Source: Rhodanobacter sp.
Lineage (GTDB): Bacteria; Pseudomonadota; Gammaproteobacteria; Xanthomonadales; Rhodanobacteraceae
Direction: 5' to 3'
DNA: 64,000 bases
Assembly (NCBI GenBank): GCA_004298045.1
Contig: SCRM01000022.1
Span: 12,267-76,266 of the forward strand
This document shows positions 19,895 to 30,955 of the stretch, in pieces. The position numbers and the translations under genes were made by a program. The notes under the pieces were generated by a model. It was not told the origin of the DNA, made no database searches, and was given only the letters and a program-made list of their open reading frames with translations. How positions within the stretch are numbered: the stretch's first letter is position 1; every line of letters begins with the position of its first letter.

Positions 19895-21016
19895 ATGCCC
19901 GAGCCTGCCACCTCCACGCCCACCGCGCGGTATCTCGAAGGCGTCGCCGCCCACCGCTGGGAGTCCGACCCGACCCAGCTTGCGGTGCTGCCCGAGTTCG
20001 ACCGCCTCTATGCCGCGCTCGCCGCACCGCCTGCGGACGACGGCTTTTTTGGCCGTCTGAAAACACTCCTGGCAAACGGCCCGACCCCCGCGCCGCAGGG
20101 CCTGTACCTGTGGGGCACGGTCGGTCGCGGCAAGACATTCCTGATGGATCTGTTCGTGGCCAGCCTGCCGCACAGCGTCGCGCTGCGCCGGCATTTCCAC
20201 CGTTTCATGGCCGAGGTGCACGACCAGTTGCGCGCGCTCGGCGACCGCGAGGACCCGCTGGTGGAGGTGGCCGCCAACCTCGCCAGCCATTGCCGCGTGC
20301 TGTGCCTGGACGAGTTTCTGGTCAACGACATCGGCGACGCGATGATTCTTGCGCGCCTGCTCGAAAGCCTGTTTGGCCGCGGCGTCGCGCTGGTCACCAC
20401 GTCGAACACGCCACCGGCGGAGCTCTACCACGACGGCCTGCAGCGCGCGCGCTTCCTGCCGGCCATCGCGCTGCTGGAAACCCGCTGCCACGTGCTGGAA
20501 ATGGCCTCCACCCACGACTGGCGACTGCGCGCGCTGACCCAGGCCGCGGTGTACTACACCCCGCCCGGCGCGGAGGCACAGCGTGCGCTGGAACGCATCT
20601 TTGCCAGCCAGGCGCATGGCAGCGTGGTGGAGGACGGCGAGCTGTTGATCAACGCTCGCCACATCGCCTGCCGCAAACGCGCCGACAACATCCTGTGGTT
20701 CGAGTTTGCCGCACTGTGCGAAGGCCCGCGCTCGGTGGCCGACTACATCGCGCTGGCCAAGGCCGGGCCGGCGATCATCGTCGCCAACGTGCCGCAGTTC
20801 AGCATCTACAGCGAGGATGCCGCGCAGCGTTTCGTGCAACTGGTGGACGAGTTCTATGACCGCCATGTGAAGCTGATCCTATCCGCCGCCGCGCCGATCA
20901 CCGAGCTGTACGACGGCACCCGATTGCGCGCGGAGTTCGGGCGCACCGAGTCGCGCCTGATCGAGATGCAAAGCGAGGACTACCTCGCGTTGCCGCACCG
21001 CCCCGAATCGGCTTGA
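19895..21016 (+). CDS. zapE: Cell division ATPase ZapE (AFG1 family)
   Basis: GLYLWGTVGRGKTFLMD, HFHRFM, CLDEF.V.DIGDAMIL, TSN.PP..LY.DGLQR.RFLP, RT.SRLIEMQS. Confidence 0.93.
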   Translation: MPEPATSTPTARYLEGVAAHRWESDPTQLAVLPEFDRLYAALAAPPADDGFFGRLKTLLANGPTPAPQGLYLWGTVGRGKTFLMDLFVASLPHSVALRRHFHRFMAEVHDQLRALGDREDPLVEVAANLASHCRVLCLDEFLVNDIGDAMILARLLESLFGRGVALVTTSNTPPAELYHDGLQRARFLPAIALLETRCHVLEMASTHDWRLRALTQAAVYYTPPGAEAQRALERIFASQAHGSVVEDGELLINARHIACRKRADNILWFEFAALCEGPRSVADYIALAKAGPAIIVANVPQFSIYSEDAAQRFVQLVDEFYDRHVKLILSAAAPITELYDGTRLRAEFGRTESRLIEMQSEDYLALPHRPESA

Positions 21017-21109
21017 ACCCCGGCCCGGGACATTTTCCGGCTTGCTGCGCCTCAACTGCCGCGCTAGCTTGCCGATGACCCGTGTGACCGCGGCGGCCAG
21101 GGGGCAACG

Positions 21110-22891
21110 ATGGCAGTAGCAGACGGCGCATTTCCGCAGGACGCACACTCACTCGGCACCAACGGCGAGCCACCCGCCCTGCCCGGTTTCGACGCCGTGG
21201 CGCGGCTCACCGCCGGTGCGCTCAACGTGCCGTTGGTCGCCCTGCTGCTCACCGACGGCAGCGCGTTCTGGTACGCGCCCCCCGCCAGCACCGGCGCACT
21301 GCCGCTGGAGGACGCGCGGCTGCTGGCCGCCTGCCGCCAGTCGGTACGCCGCGGTCGGCCCGAAACCGTGCTCGACGCACGTGAGGATCCGCGCTTCCTG
21401 CCGCCCGGCGGCGACCCGGCGCACGCCAACGTGGCGCTGTACGTGTGCGAACCGGTGTTCGGGCTGGACGGTCAGCAGCTCGGCGCCTTGTTCGCGATCG
21501 GCCGCGTGCCGCGCGTCGCCCTGCGCGACAGCGAGCGCGCCGCGTTGCGCGATGCCGCCGCGCTGGCCGCCACCGGCGCCGCGCTGCGCGGTTATCTCAA
21601 CCGCATCGAGCCGGCGACCCGCCTGCCCCACCGCGGCGCCTTTTTTGCCGACCTGCACGCGCGCCTGCCGCACACCGACGACACCGCGTGGCTGGTGGCA
21701 ATCGAGGTTTCGCCGGTCATCCGCTATCTGGCGTTTGTGCGCGCCATGGGCTATGCCTATGCCGACGCGCTGGTGCGCGCGGTGGCCGAACGTGTCCAGC
21801 AATGGATGACGGCCGACATGCAGCTCTACCGTGTGGCGCCCACCCGGCTGGCCGTACTGCGCACGGGCGCCGAACCCGAAGCGGCTGCGCTCGATGCGCT
21901 GGTGGCGACACTGCGTGAGCCGATCGACTGCCTCGGCGTGCCGCTCACCCTGCAACCCGGCGTCGGCCTGCTCGAGATCGAAGCCGGCGAGCTGCGCGGC
22001 GGCGACCCGTTGCGCCGGGTGATGAGCGCTTCCATCCAGGCATTGGGCAGCATGCGCGGCTGGACGCGCTACGACCACACGGCCGACGAGCGCCAGCGTC
22101 AGGAGTTTTTCCTCGTCACCGAGCTGGCCGCCGCACTCACCGACGGCGCCGAGCTGGAGCTGCACTACCAGCCGCAGGTGGATCTCGCCAGCGGCCGCTG
22201 TACCGGGCTTGAGGCGCTGGCGCGGTGGCACCACCCCACCCTGGGCACGGTGCCGCCCGACGTGTTCGTGCCGCTGGCCGAACAATCCGGCCTGATGCGC
22301 ACGCTTACCGACTGGGTGTTCGACCGCGGCTGTGCGCAAATGGCCGCCTGGCAGCGCGAGGGGCTCGACCTGCGGATCGCCCTCAACGTGGCGAGCGTCG
22401 ATCTCGACGCCACGCTCGAACCGCGCCTGCGCGCTGCCGCGCACCGCCACGGCATTGCGCTCGACCACCTGGAGCTGGAGTTCACCGAAAGTACCGCGAT
22501 CCACCACGATACGGTCACCCGCGAAGTGCTCGGCACCCTGCGGCAAGCCGGCGTGGGCATCGCCATCGACGACTTCGGCATCGGCTACAGCAACCTTGAC
22601 GGCCTGCGCCGCATGCCGGCAACCACGCTCAAGATCGACCAATCGCTGGTGCGCGGGCTGGATACCCGCCCGCACGACGCCGCCATCGTGCGCACCATCG
22701 CCGCACTCGGCCACGAGCTGGGGTTTCGGGTGGTGATGGAAGGCGTGGACAACGCCGCGGTGTACGCCCTCGTGCGCGGCATCGGCTGCGACGTGGTACA
22801 AGGCTTTCACCTTGCCCGCCCCTTGCCGGCCGCCGCCGTGCCCTACTGGGTCGGCGAGTTCAACACCGGCGCCACCCCGGCCAGCCCATGA
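21110..22891 (+). CDS. GAF - degenerate GGDEF - EAL protein (likely c-di-GMP phosphodiesterase)
   Basis: GAF N-terminus; the GGDEF position reads YRVAPTRLA; EAL domain has LHYQPQV, LEALARW, IAIDDFGIGYS, LKIDQS, EGV. Confidence 0.85.
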   Translation: MAVADGAFPQDAHSLGTNGEPPALPGFDAVARLTAGALNVPLVALLLTDGSAFWYAPPASTGALPLEDARLLAACRQSVRRGRPETVLDAREDPRFLPPGGDPAHANVALYVCEPVFGLDGQQLGALFAIGRVPRVALRDSERAALRDAAALAATGAALRGYLNRIEPATRLPHRGAFFADLHARLPHTDDTAWLVAIEVSPVIRYLAFVRAMGYAYADALVRAVAERVQQWMTADMQLYRVAPTRLAVLRTGAEPEAAALDALVATLREPIDCLGVPLTLQPGVGLLEIEAGELRGGDPLRRVMSASIQALGSMRGWTRYDHTADERQRQEFFLVTELAAALTDGAELELHYQPQVDLASGRCTGLEALARWHHPTLGTVPPDVFVPLAEQSGLMRTLTDWVFDRGCAQMAAWQREGLDLRIALNVASVDLDATLEPRLRAAAHRHGIALDHLELEFTESTAIHHDTVTREVLGTLRQAGVGIAIDDFGIGYSNLDGLRRMPATTLKIDQSLVRGLDTRPHDAAIVRTIAALGHELGFRVVMEGVDNAAVYALVRGIGCDVVQGFHLARPLPAAAVPYWVGEFNTGATPASP

Positions 22892-23289
22892 CCACACGCC
22901 CTGCACTTGCCGTCCTTGCCTTGCTGTTTGCCACCGCCGCCGCCCACGCCGGCGACGACTTTGCGGCACGCGTACAGCAGGCCAAACTCGCCGAAGCCGC
23001 CACCACCGGCCCGGTCTACCAGAAAGCGTTCTGGGCGCAGATCGGCACCGCCACCGGCGATGCCTACAAAACCTGCCTGGCCGCCACCACCCCGCCCGAC
23101 AAAACTCCCTTCACCCTGGTACTGGCGCTCGACGCCCACGGCCAGCCGCAACGCGTTGCCGTGCAACCGGGTATTCCGGTCGCCGACTGCATGGCCAAGG
23201 TGTTTGCCGGCTGGACCTTCCCCAAGCCACCGGCCGGCCCGGTGCCGTATCCACTGGAGATTGATTTCAGTGTGAAGGGCGGGGATTAG
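22888..23289 (+). CDS. Hypothetical secreted protein, 133 aa
   Basis: Signal peptide (…AAAHA); ATGA overlap with the upstream gene; two Cys; C-terminal W.FP.PP...YP.EI.F. Confidence 0.7.
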   Translation: MTTRPALAVLALLFATAAAHAGDDFAARVQQAKLAEAATTGPVYQKAFWAQIGTATGDAYKTCLAATTPPDKTPFTLVLALDAHGQPQRVAVQPGIPVADCMAKVFAGWTFPKPPAGPVPYPLEIDFSVKGGD

Positions 23290-23312
23290 GGATTGGGGAA
23301 TCGGGATTGGGG
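23281..23312 (+). repeat. G-quadruplex-type repeat with five G-tracts
   Basis: GGGG-ATTA-GGG-ATT-GGGG-AATC-GGG-ATT-GGGG. Confidence 0.75.
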
Positions 23313-23565
23313 AACGCGCGGCGCGGCAGGCGCGGTGACGCGGGCCGGCTGCTGCAAGGGCCGCGGGCGAGAGTTGCTTTGCAGCGGGCGGGGTGAGGGG
23401 CCGGCATCGCCAAGGCCCAACACCACAGCGTTTCGATGAACATCAACCCAGACCCCGGCACCTCACCCAGCCCTGCCGATGTGTCTTCCCGGTGGGGGAA
23501 CGGGGAAACCCGGTGAACATCGTTGCCAATCAGGCTTGGCTGATGCAACGGCCGCGGTGCGGTGC

Positions 23566-24309
23566 TTATTTCGCCTTGCCCTGGTTGGCGACGGCAGCGG
23601 TCTTGGCGGCGATGGCAGCGGCATCGCCGAGGTAGTAGTGGCGTTGCGGCACCAGCGCGGCGTCGAACTCGTAGACCAGCGGCACGCCGTTGGGGATGTT
23701 GAGCTCGACGATGTCGGCGTCGGAAATGCCATCCAGGTATTTCACCAGCGCGCGCAGCGAATTGCCGTGCGCGGCCACCACCACGCGCTGGCCCGCACTG
23801 ATCGCCGGCGCCAGCACTTCATGCCAGTACGGCAGCACGCGCGCCACGGTGTCTTTCAGGCATTCGGTATCCGGAATCTGCGCCGGCGCCAGGCGCGTGT
23901 AGCGCGGGTCGCTGCGCGACGGGTTGGTCGCGTGATCCATCGGCGGCGGCGGCACATCGTAGCTGCGGCGCCAGGTTTTGACCTGCGCATCGCCGAACTT
24001 CTGCGCGGTCTCCGCCTTGTTGAGCCCGGTCAGGCCGCCGTAATGGCGCTCGTTCAACCGCCAGTCGGTATGCACCGGCAGCCACATCAGGTCCATCGCA
24101 TCCTGCACGTGCCACAGCGTGCGCGCGGCACGCTTGAGCACCGAGGTATGCGCCACGTCGAACGTGTAACCCTCGCGCCGCAAAAGCTCGCCCGCCTCGC
24201 GTGCCTCAGTCACGCCCTGCGAGGTGAGATCCACATCGGCCCAGCCGCTGAAACGGTTTTCGAGATTCCACTGCGACTGGCCGTGGCGGATCAGGACGAG
24301 CTTGTGCAT
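23566..24309 (-). CDS. gpmA: 2,3-bisphosphoglycerate-dependent phosphoglycerate mutase
   Basis: [47 protein letters not shown]. Confidence 0.97.
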   Translation of the reverse strand: MHKLVLIRHGQSQWNLENRFSGWADVDLTSQGVTEAREAGELLRREGYTFDVAHTSVLKRAARTLWHVQDAMDLMWLPVHTDWRLNERHYGGLTGLNKAETAQKFGDAQVKTWRRSYDVPPPPMDHATNPSRSDPRYTRLAPAQIPDTECLKDTVARVLPYWHEVLAPAISAGQRVVVAAHGNSLRALVKYLDGISDADIVELNIPNGVPLVYEFDAALVPQRHYYLGDAAAIAAKTAAVANQGKAK

Positions 24310-24518
24310 GACGAGGATTTTCCTTGGGGCCGAAAGCGGGATGGTGCAGCGCGGCACCGCAGGCGTCAAACCCGACGCCGTCCTCGACGGCATGAACCCA
24401 GCCTCGGGCCGCACTCGCACTGCGCGAAGTCCTTTTGGGGCAGGGCCACAGGATTCCTGATTGACGCTGCATCCAGCGCAGCCACTCCACCAGACACGCG
24501 GTCATTCCGCAGAAGCCT

Positions 24519-24541
24519 GTCGTGCTGAAGCCCGACCCACG
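24519..24541. repeat. Single REP-like copy
   Basis: gtcgtgctgaagcccgacccacg, 1 mismatch to the core of the 12064 copy; 9 bp beyond the hemF stop. Confidence 0.65.
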
Positions 24542-24550
24542 AGGTTCAGA

Positions 24551-26612
<2,062 letters not shown>

Positions 26613-27489
26613 GGCCACTGCCGGGCGTAGTGCTCAAGCCGTGCCGCGTAGCGCGCCAGCACGCCATCCAGCGCCGCGTCGCGGCCCCGGCGCGGCAGCA
26701 CCAGCGGATCGGCAAACGGCTCGAACACCAGGCGATAACGATTACCGCCGAGGTACAGCCCGAAGCACAACATCACCGGCACCTTGAGCGCGGCGGCCAA
26801 CAGCCACGGGCCCACCGGCAGCAACGCCGGCGCACCCAGCAGCGGCGCCGCGCGTTGTGCCTCGCACGTTCCGGCGCGGTCGCCGAGCATGGCGACGATG
26901 GCGCCCTGCGCACACGCCTCGGCCGCCGCCAGCACGATGGCGGCGCCACCCCGCTCGGCATCGATCACGGCGGCCCCCACGTCCGGGGCGAGCGCTTCGA
27001 GCAGGGCCGTCAACGCCGGCGTCTTGCCCTTGTCCAGCACCACGCGCAGGCTCACGTCCGGTCGGCGCGCGCGCACCGCGCGCAAGGCTTCAAAGCTGCC
27101 TTGGTGGGAGCCCACCAACAGCACGCCGCGGCCAGCGGCGACGTGCTGCTCCAGCAGCGCCAACCCCTCGATGGTGATCTCGAAATCACGCTCGCCATGC
27201 GCCAGCAGAAACACCCGATCGAGCGTGGTGGCGGCATAGGTATGGAACTGACGCAGCATCTGCGTCACCCGTGGCGGGTGACCAAGCACGCGGGTGAGGT
27301 AATCGCGCGAGGCACGGCGTTCCGCGCCGCGGCGCAGAAAGAAATACAGCGTGATCGGATACAGCAACGCGCGCCCGAAGCGGCGGCCGCCATACAGGGC
27401 CAGAGTGCGGATCAGCCACAACGCAAACCGCCCGCCGCCTTCGCGGCGTTCGCGCCAGTGGGTGGCTTCGATCATCGGCGTGGGACAGC

Positions 27490-27762
27490 TCAGGCTGCGG
27501 CGCGGTGCGCTTCGACGTGCGCCGCCAGCTCGCGCAGGCTGGTGAAGATGCGCCGGTTGTCCGGGTGGTCCGAACGCAACTGGAACCCGTAGTGTTTGGA
27601 TACCGCCAAGGCGATCTCCAGCGCGTCGATCGAATCCAGCCCCAGCTCGCCGCCGAACAGCCGCGCGTCGGGATCGATCGCGGCCGGGTCGACGTCTTCG
27701 AGGTTCAGGCACTCGACGATCAAGGTGGCCAGCTCGCGCTGGGCGTCAGTCAATTGCGTCAT
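27490..27762 (-). CDS. Acyl carrier protein (XanC-like)
   Basis: LIVECLNLEDV...LFGGELGLDSIDALE (phosphopantetheine Ser)...F.SL..LA..V. Confidence 0.92.
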   Translation of the reverse strand: MTQLTDAQRELATLIVECLNLEDVDPAAIDPDARLFGGELGLDSIDALEIALAVSKHYGFQLRSDHPDNRRIFTSLRELAAHVEAHRAAA

Positions 27763-27848
27763 GCAAGAAACACCCGGAAAAACGCCATGAAAACCTGCAA
27801 CTAGGCCAGCGAGTGTAACATGCTGTCCTCGTTTGCCCGGTGTTGCGC

Positions 27849-28841
27849 ATGATCCAAGCTGGTGAAAACCCGGGCCCGGCCGCCACCCCGGTGCCTGCCC
27901 CGTACATCTGCTATCGCCAGCAAAGCGCGGCCGAACTGCTCGCCGAGCCCGGCACCCTGGCCGTGTTCGACTTTGGCCACGCCGCCGCCGGCAGCGCCGA
28001 TCCGCGCCACCTGCAGGTGCCACTGGAAACCCTGGAAGGAACTGCGCCGCATGAAGTGTGGCGGGTGACGGCACCGATCACGCACGGCCGCGTCGGCGCG
28101 TTGCGCTGGTCGCAGGGCGGCGGCTGGCTGTTTGCGGCACTGGAACTCGACGAGCGCGAATACGGCGGCCCGGCTGGCGCCGCCCAGGCCGCGTACGCGG
28201 CGCTGCATGCCTTCATGCGCCGCTACCCGGCGTTTCGCGTGCTGCGCATCTGGAACTACCAGGGCGCCATCAACGAGGGCGACGGCGACGCCGAGCGCTA
28301 TCGCCGGTTTTGCGACGGCCGCGCCGCCGGCAGCGGGAATTTCTTTGCCGCCGGCTATCCCGCCGCCACCGCCATTGGCCACCACGCCGCGCGCGATCGG
28401 TTGCAGGTCTATCTACTCGCCGGCATCGGCGCCGGCACCGCGGTGGAAAACCCGCGTCAAGTCAGCGCATGGCGTTATCCCCGCGAATACGGCCGCACGG
28501 CACCGGGTTTCGCGCGCGCCATGCTGTTGCCGGCGCGCGACGCGCTGGCGATCTCGGGTACCGCGGCCGTGGTTGGCCACGCCTCCGCGCACGTGGGCGA
28601 TGTGGCCGCGCAACTGCGCGAAATCCTCACCAATCTCGAAGCACTGCTTGGCCAGGCCGGGCTGCCCACCGGGTTCGACACCACCGCGCCGCTCAAGGCC
28701 TACGTGCGGCATGCCGCAGACGCCGAGTGCGTCCGCGCGATCCTCGCCGAACGCCTGCCCGGCGTACCGGTGCTGTTGCTGCACGGCGACATCTGCCGTC
28801 GCGAGCTGCTGGTGGAGCTGGATGGCTGGCGATATGCGTGA
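27849..28841 (+). CDS. FkbO/Hyg5/XanB2-type chorismatase (hydroxybenzoate synthase)
   Basis: RIWNY..AIN....ERYRRF, YPAATAIG, ENPRQVSAWRYP.EYG...P.FARA, ISGTAAVVGH, DICRRELLVELDG. Confidence 0.88.
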   Translation: MIQAGENPGPAATPVPAPYICYRQQSAAELLAEPGTLAVFDFGHAAAGSADPRHLQVPLETLEGTAPHEVWRVTAPITHGRVGALRWSQGGGWLFAALELDEREYGGPAGAAQAAYAALHAFMRRYPAFRVLRIWNYQGAINEGDGDAERYRRFCDGRAAGSGNFFAAGYPAATAIGHHAARDRLQVYLLAGIGAGTAVENPRQVSAWRYPREYGRTAPGFARAMLLPARDALAISGTAAVVGHASAHVGDVAAQLREILTNLEALLGQAGLPTGFDTTAPLKAYVRHAADAECVRAILAERLPGVPVLLLHGDICRRELLVELDGWRYA

Positions 28842-28896
28842 TGCCGGGCACCTGACCTGATCTGAGCGCGCGACAGCGGCCCACGCCGACCCCGGT

Positions 28897-30513
28897 CTAT
28901 TCCGCGCGCGCAAACCAGCTTGCGTGCGGCGGCAATTGCAGCTGGTTGCCTTCGCGGGTGGCGGTGGCGAGACCGTGGCCGTCAAGCACCGACCACGCCG
29001 CGTCCTGCGGCAACTCCAGCGTGGCGTTGGTTGCCGCCAGATTGAACACCGCCAGCACCCGCTCGCCTGCGTGCTCGCGCTCGAACGCCAGCACCGGCTC
29101 GGCGGTGTCGAGAAAACGGATGCCGCCCAGGCGCAGCGCCGGCACGCGGCGGCGCCAGTGCATGAAACGGCGGTAGCCGCTGAGCGCGGAGTGCGCATCG
29201 GCGGCCTGCCGCGCCACGTTCAGCACGCGGTGCTCGGACGGCACCGGCAGCCACGGTTTGGCCACGCTGAAGCCGGCGTTCGGGCCGTCCGTCCACGGCA
29301 TCGGCGTACGGCAGCCGTCGCGGCCCTTGAACTCGGGCCAGAACGCGATGCCGTAGGGGTCACGCAAGGCTTCGAACGGCAGCTCGGCCTCGGTCAGCGC
29401 CAGCTCCTCGCCCTGGTACACGCACACCGAGCCGCGCAGCGAACACACCAGCGCGGTGAGCTGGTTGGCCATCGTCGGCGAGGCGTAGCCGCTGCCCCAG
29501 CGGCTCAGCACGCGCTTGACGTCGTGGTTGGAGATTGCCCAGCACGGCCAGCCTTCGGTCATTTTCGCCTCCAGCGCGCGCACCGTGTCGCGGATGTAGG
29601 TGGCGTTGAAGGTGTCGGTGAGCAGCTCGAAGCTGTAGCCCATGTGCAGGCGATGGCCGGCGGTGTACTCCGCCATCGTCGCCAGCGAATCCTCGGAGGA
29701 GATCTCGCCCAGCGTGACGCTGCCGGGGTAGCGGTCCATCACCGCCCGCAGTTCGGCGAGAAAGCCGAGGTTTTCCGGCTGCGTGTTGTTGAAGTAGTGG
29801 TACTGGAACGCATACGGGTTGGCCGCGCTGAAGCCGCGCCCGCTGCGCGCGGCCGGCGGCTTGGCCGGGTTGTCGCGCAGCTCGGCGTCGTGATAGCAGA
29901 AGTTGATCGAATCCAGCCGGAAGCCATCGACGCCGCGGTCGAGCCAAAACCGCAGGTTGCCGAGCACCGCCGCGCGCACGTCGGCGTGGTGAAAATCGAG
30001 ATCGGGCTGGCTGGCGAGAAAGTTGTGCAGGTAATACTGCCCGCGCCGCGGCTCCCAGCTCCACGCCGGGCCGCCAAACAGCGACAACCAGTTGTTCGGC
30101 GGCGTGCCGTCGGGCTTGGCATCCGCCCACACATACCAATCGGCGCGCGGGTTCGTGCGGTCCTGCCGGCTCTCCTTGAACCACGCATGCTCGGCCGAGG
30201 TGTGGCTGGGCACCTGGTCGATGATGACTTTCAGGCCGCGCGCATGCGCCGCGGTGAGCAGCTGGTCGAAATCGGCCAGCGTGCCGAACAGCGGGTCGAC
30301 ATCGCACGGGTCGGCAATGTCGTAGCCGAAATCCGCCATCGGCGAACGAAAGAACGGCGCGATCCAGATCGCGTCCACGCCGAGCGCGGCAATGTAATCG
30401 AGCCGGTCGATGATGCCGCGCAGGTCGCCCACGCCATCGCCATCGGTGTCGAGAAAACTCCGCGGATAAATCTGGTAGATGACGGCACCGCGCCACCAAG
30501 GTGTCTCGCTCAT
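28897..30513 (-). CDS. Cytoplasmic alpha-glucosidase, GH13
   Basis: WWRGAVIYQIYPRSF.D, DFGYDI.D, GVDGFRLD, ISNHD, YQGEELAL; no signal peptide. Confidence 0.93.
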   Translation of the reverse strand: MSETPWWRGAVIYQIYPRSFLDTDGDGVGDLRGIIDRLDYIAALGVDAIWIAPFFRSPMADFGYDIADPCDVDPLFGTLADFDQLLTAAHARGLKVIIDQVPSHTSAEHAWFKESRQDRTNPRADWYVWADAKPDGTPPNNWLSLFGGPAWSWEPRRGQYYLHNFLASQPDLDFHHADVRAAVLGNLRFWLDRGVDGFRLDSINFCYHDAELRDNPAKPPAARSGRGFSAANPYAFQYHYFNNTQPENLGFLAELRAVMDRYPGSVTLGEISSEDSLATMAEYTAGHRLHMGYSFELLTDTFNATYIRDTVRALEAKMTEGWPCWAISNHDVKRVLSRWGSGYASPTMANQLTALVCSLRGSVCVYQGEELALTEAELPFEALRDPYGIAFWPEFKGRDGCRTPMPWTDGPNAGFSVAKPWLPVPSEHRVLNVARQAADAHSALSGYRRFMHWRRRVPALRLGGIRFLDTAEPVLAFEREHAGERVLAVFNLAATNATLELPQDAAWSVLDGHGLATATREGNQLQLPPHASWFARAE

Positions 30514-30609
30514 TGCCGGCCCCGGTCCGATGCAGCGCGCAGCGATCTGCGCCGCTGCCTTGAAAACGGCCATCAGCTTAGGGCAGCCCCGCGAGCGGCA
30601 GTGGAAACC

Positions 30610-30623
30610 TGCATACGTATTCA
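30610..30623. promoter_or_regulatory. LacI-type palindromic operator 1
   Basis: TGCATACGTATTCA. Confidence 0.75.
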
Positions 30624-30643
30624 TGGGTGCTGCAGGTGCGACA

Positions 30644-30657
30644 TGCATACGTAACCA
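30644..30657. promoter_or_regulatory. LacI-type operator 2 (imperfect)
   Basis: TGCATACGTAACCA. Confidence 0.6.
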
Positions 30658-30803
30658 ATTGGACGTCCATACGGCCGTTCGCCATGGATCGAAAAACGCC
30701 ACGGAACGCACAGCACCGCGGCGCACCACCGTTCGCATCCATGTTTTCACGGCACTACGTGACACTGATGTGGCAGCGCAGCAACACCACGTAGTGCGCG
30801 CAA

Positions 30804-30817
30804 TGAATACGTATGCA
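30804..30817. promoter_or_regulatory. LacI-type operator 3
   Basis: TGAATACGTATGCA, the exact reverse complement of operator 1. Confidence 0.75.
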
Positions 30818-30955
30818 CAAACGGTTCGGCACGGAACCCCCGCCCTACCATGCGATCAAGCGGCCGCTAAGGCCGATTACGCCGATCGCGCGGGATGCGC
30901 TGAACCGGCTCGCGCCGCCATGACGGCATTCGACATTCTTGTGGGGAGAACCAAC

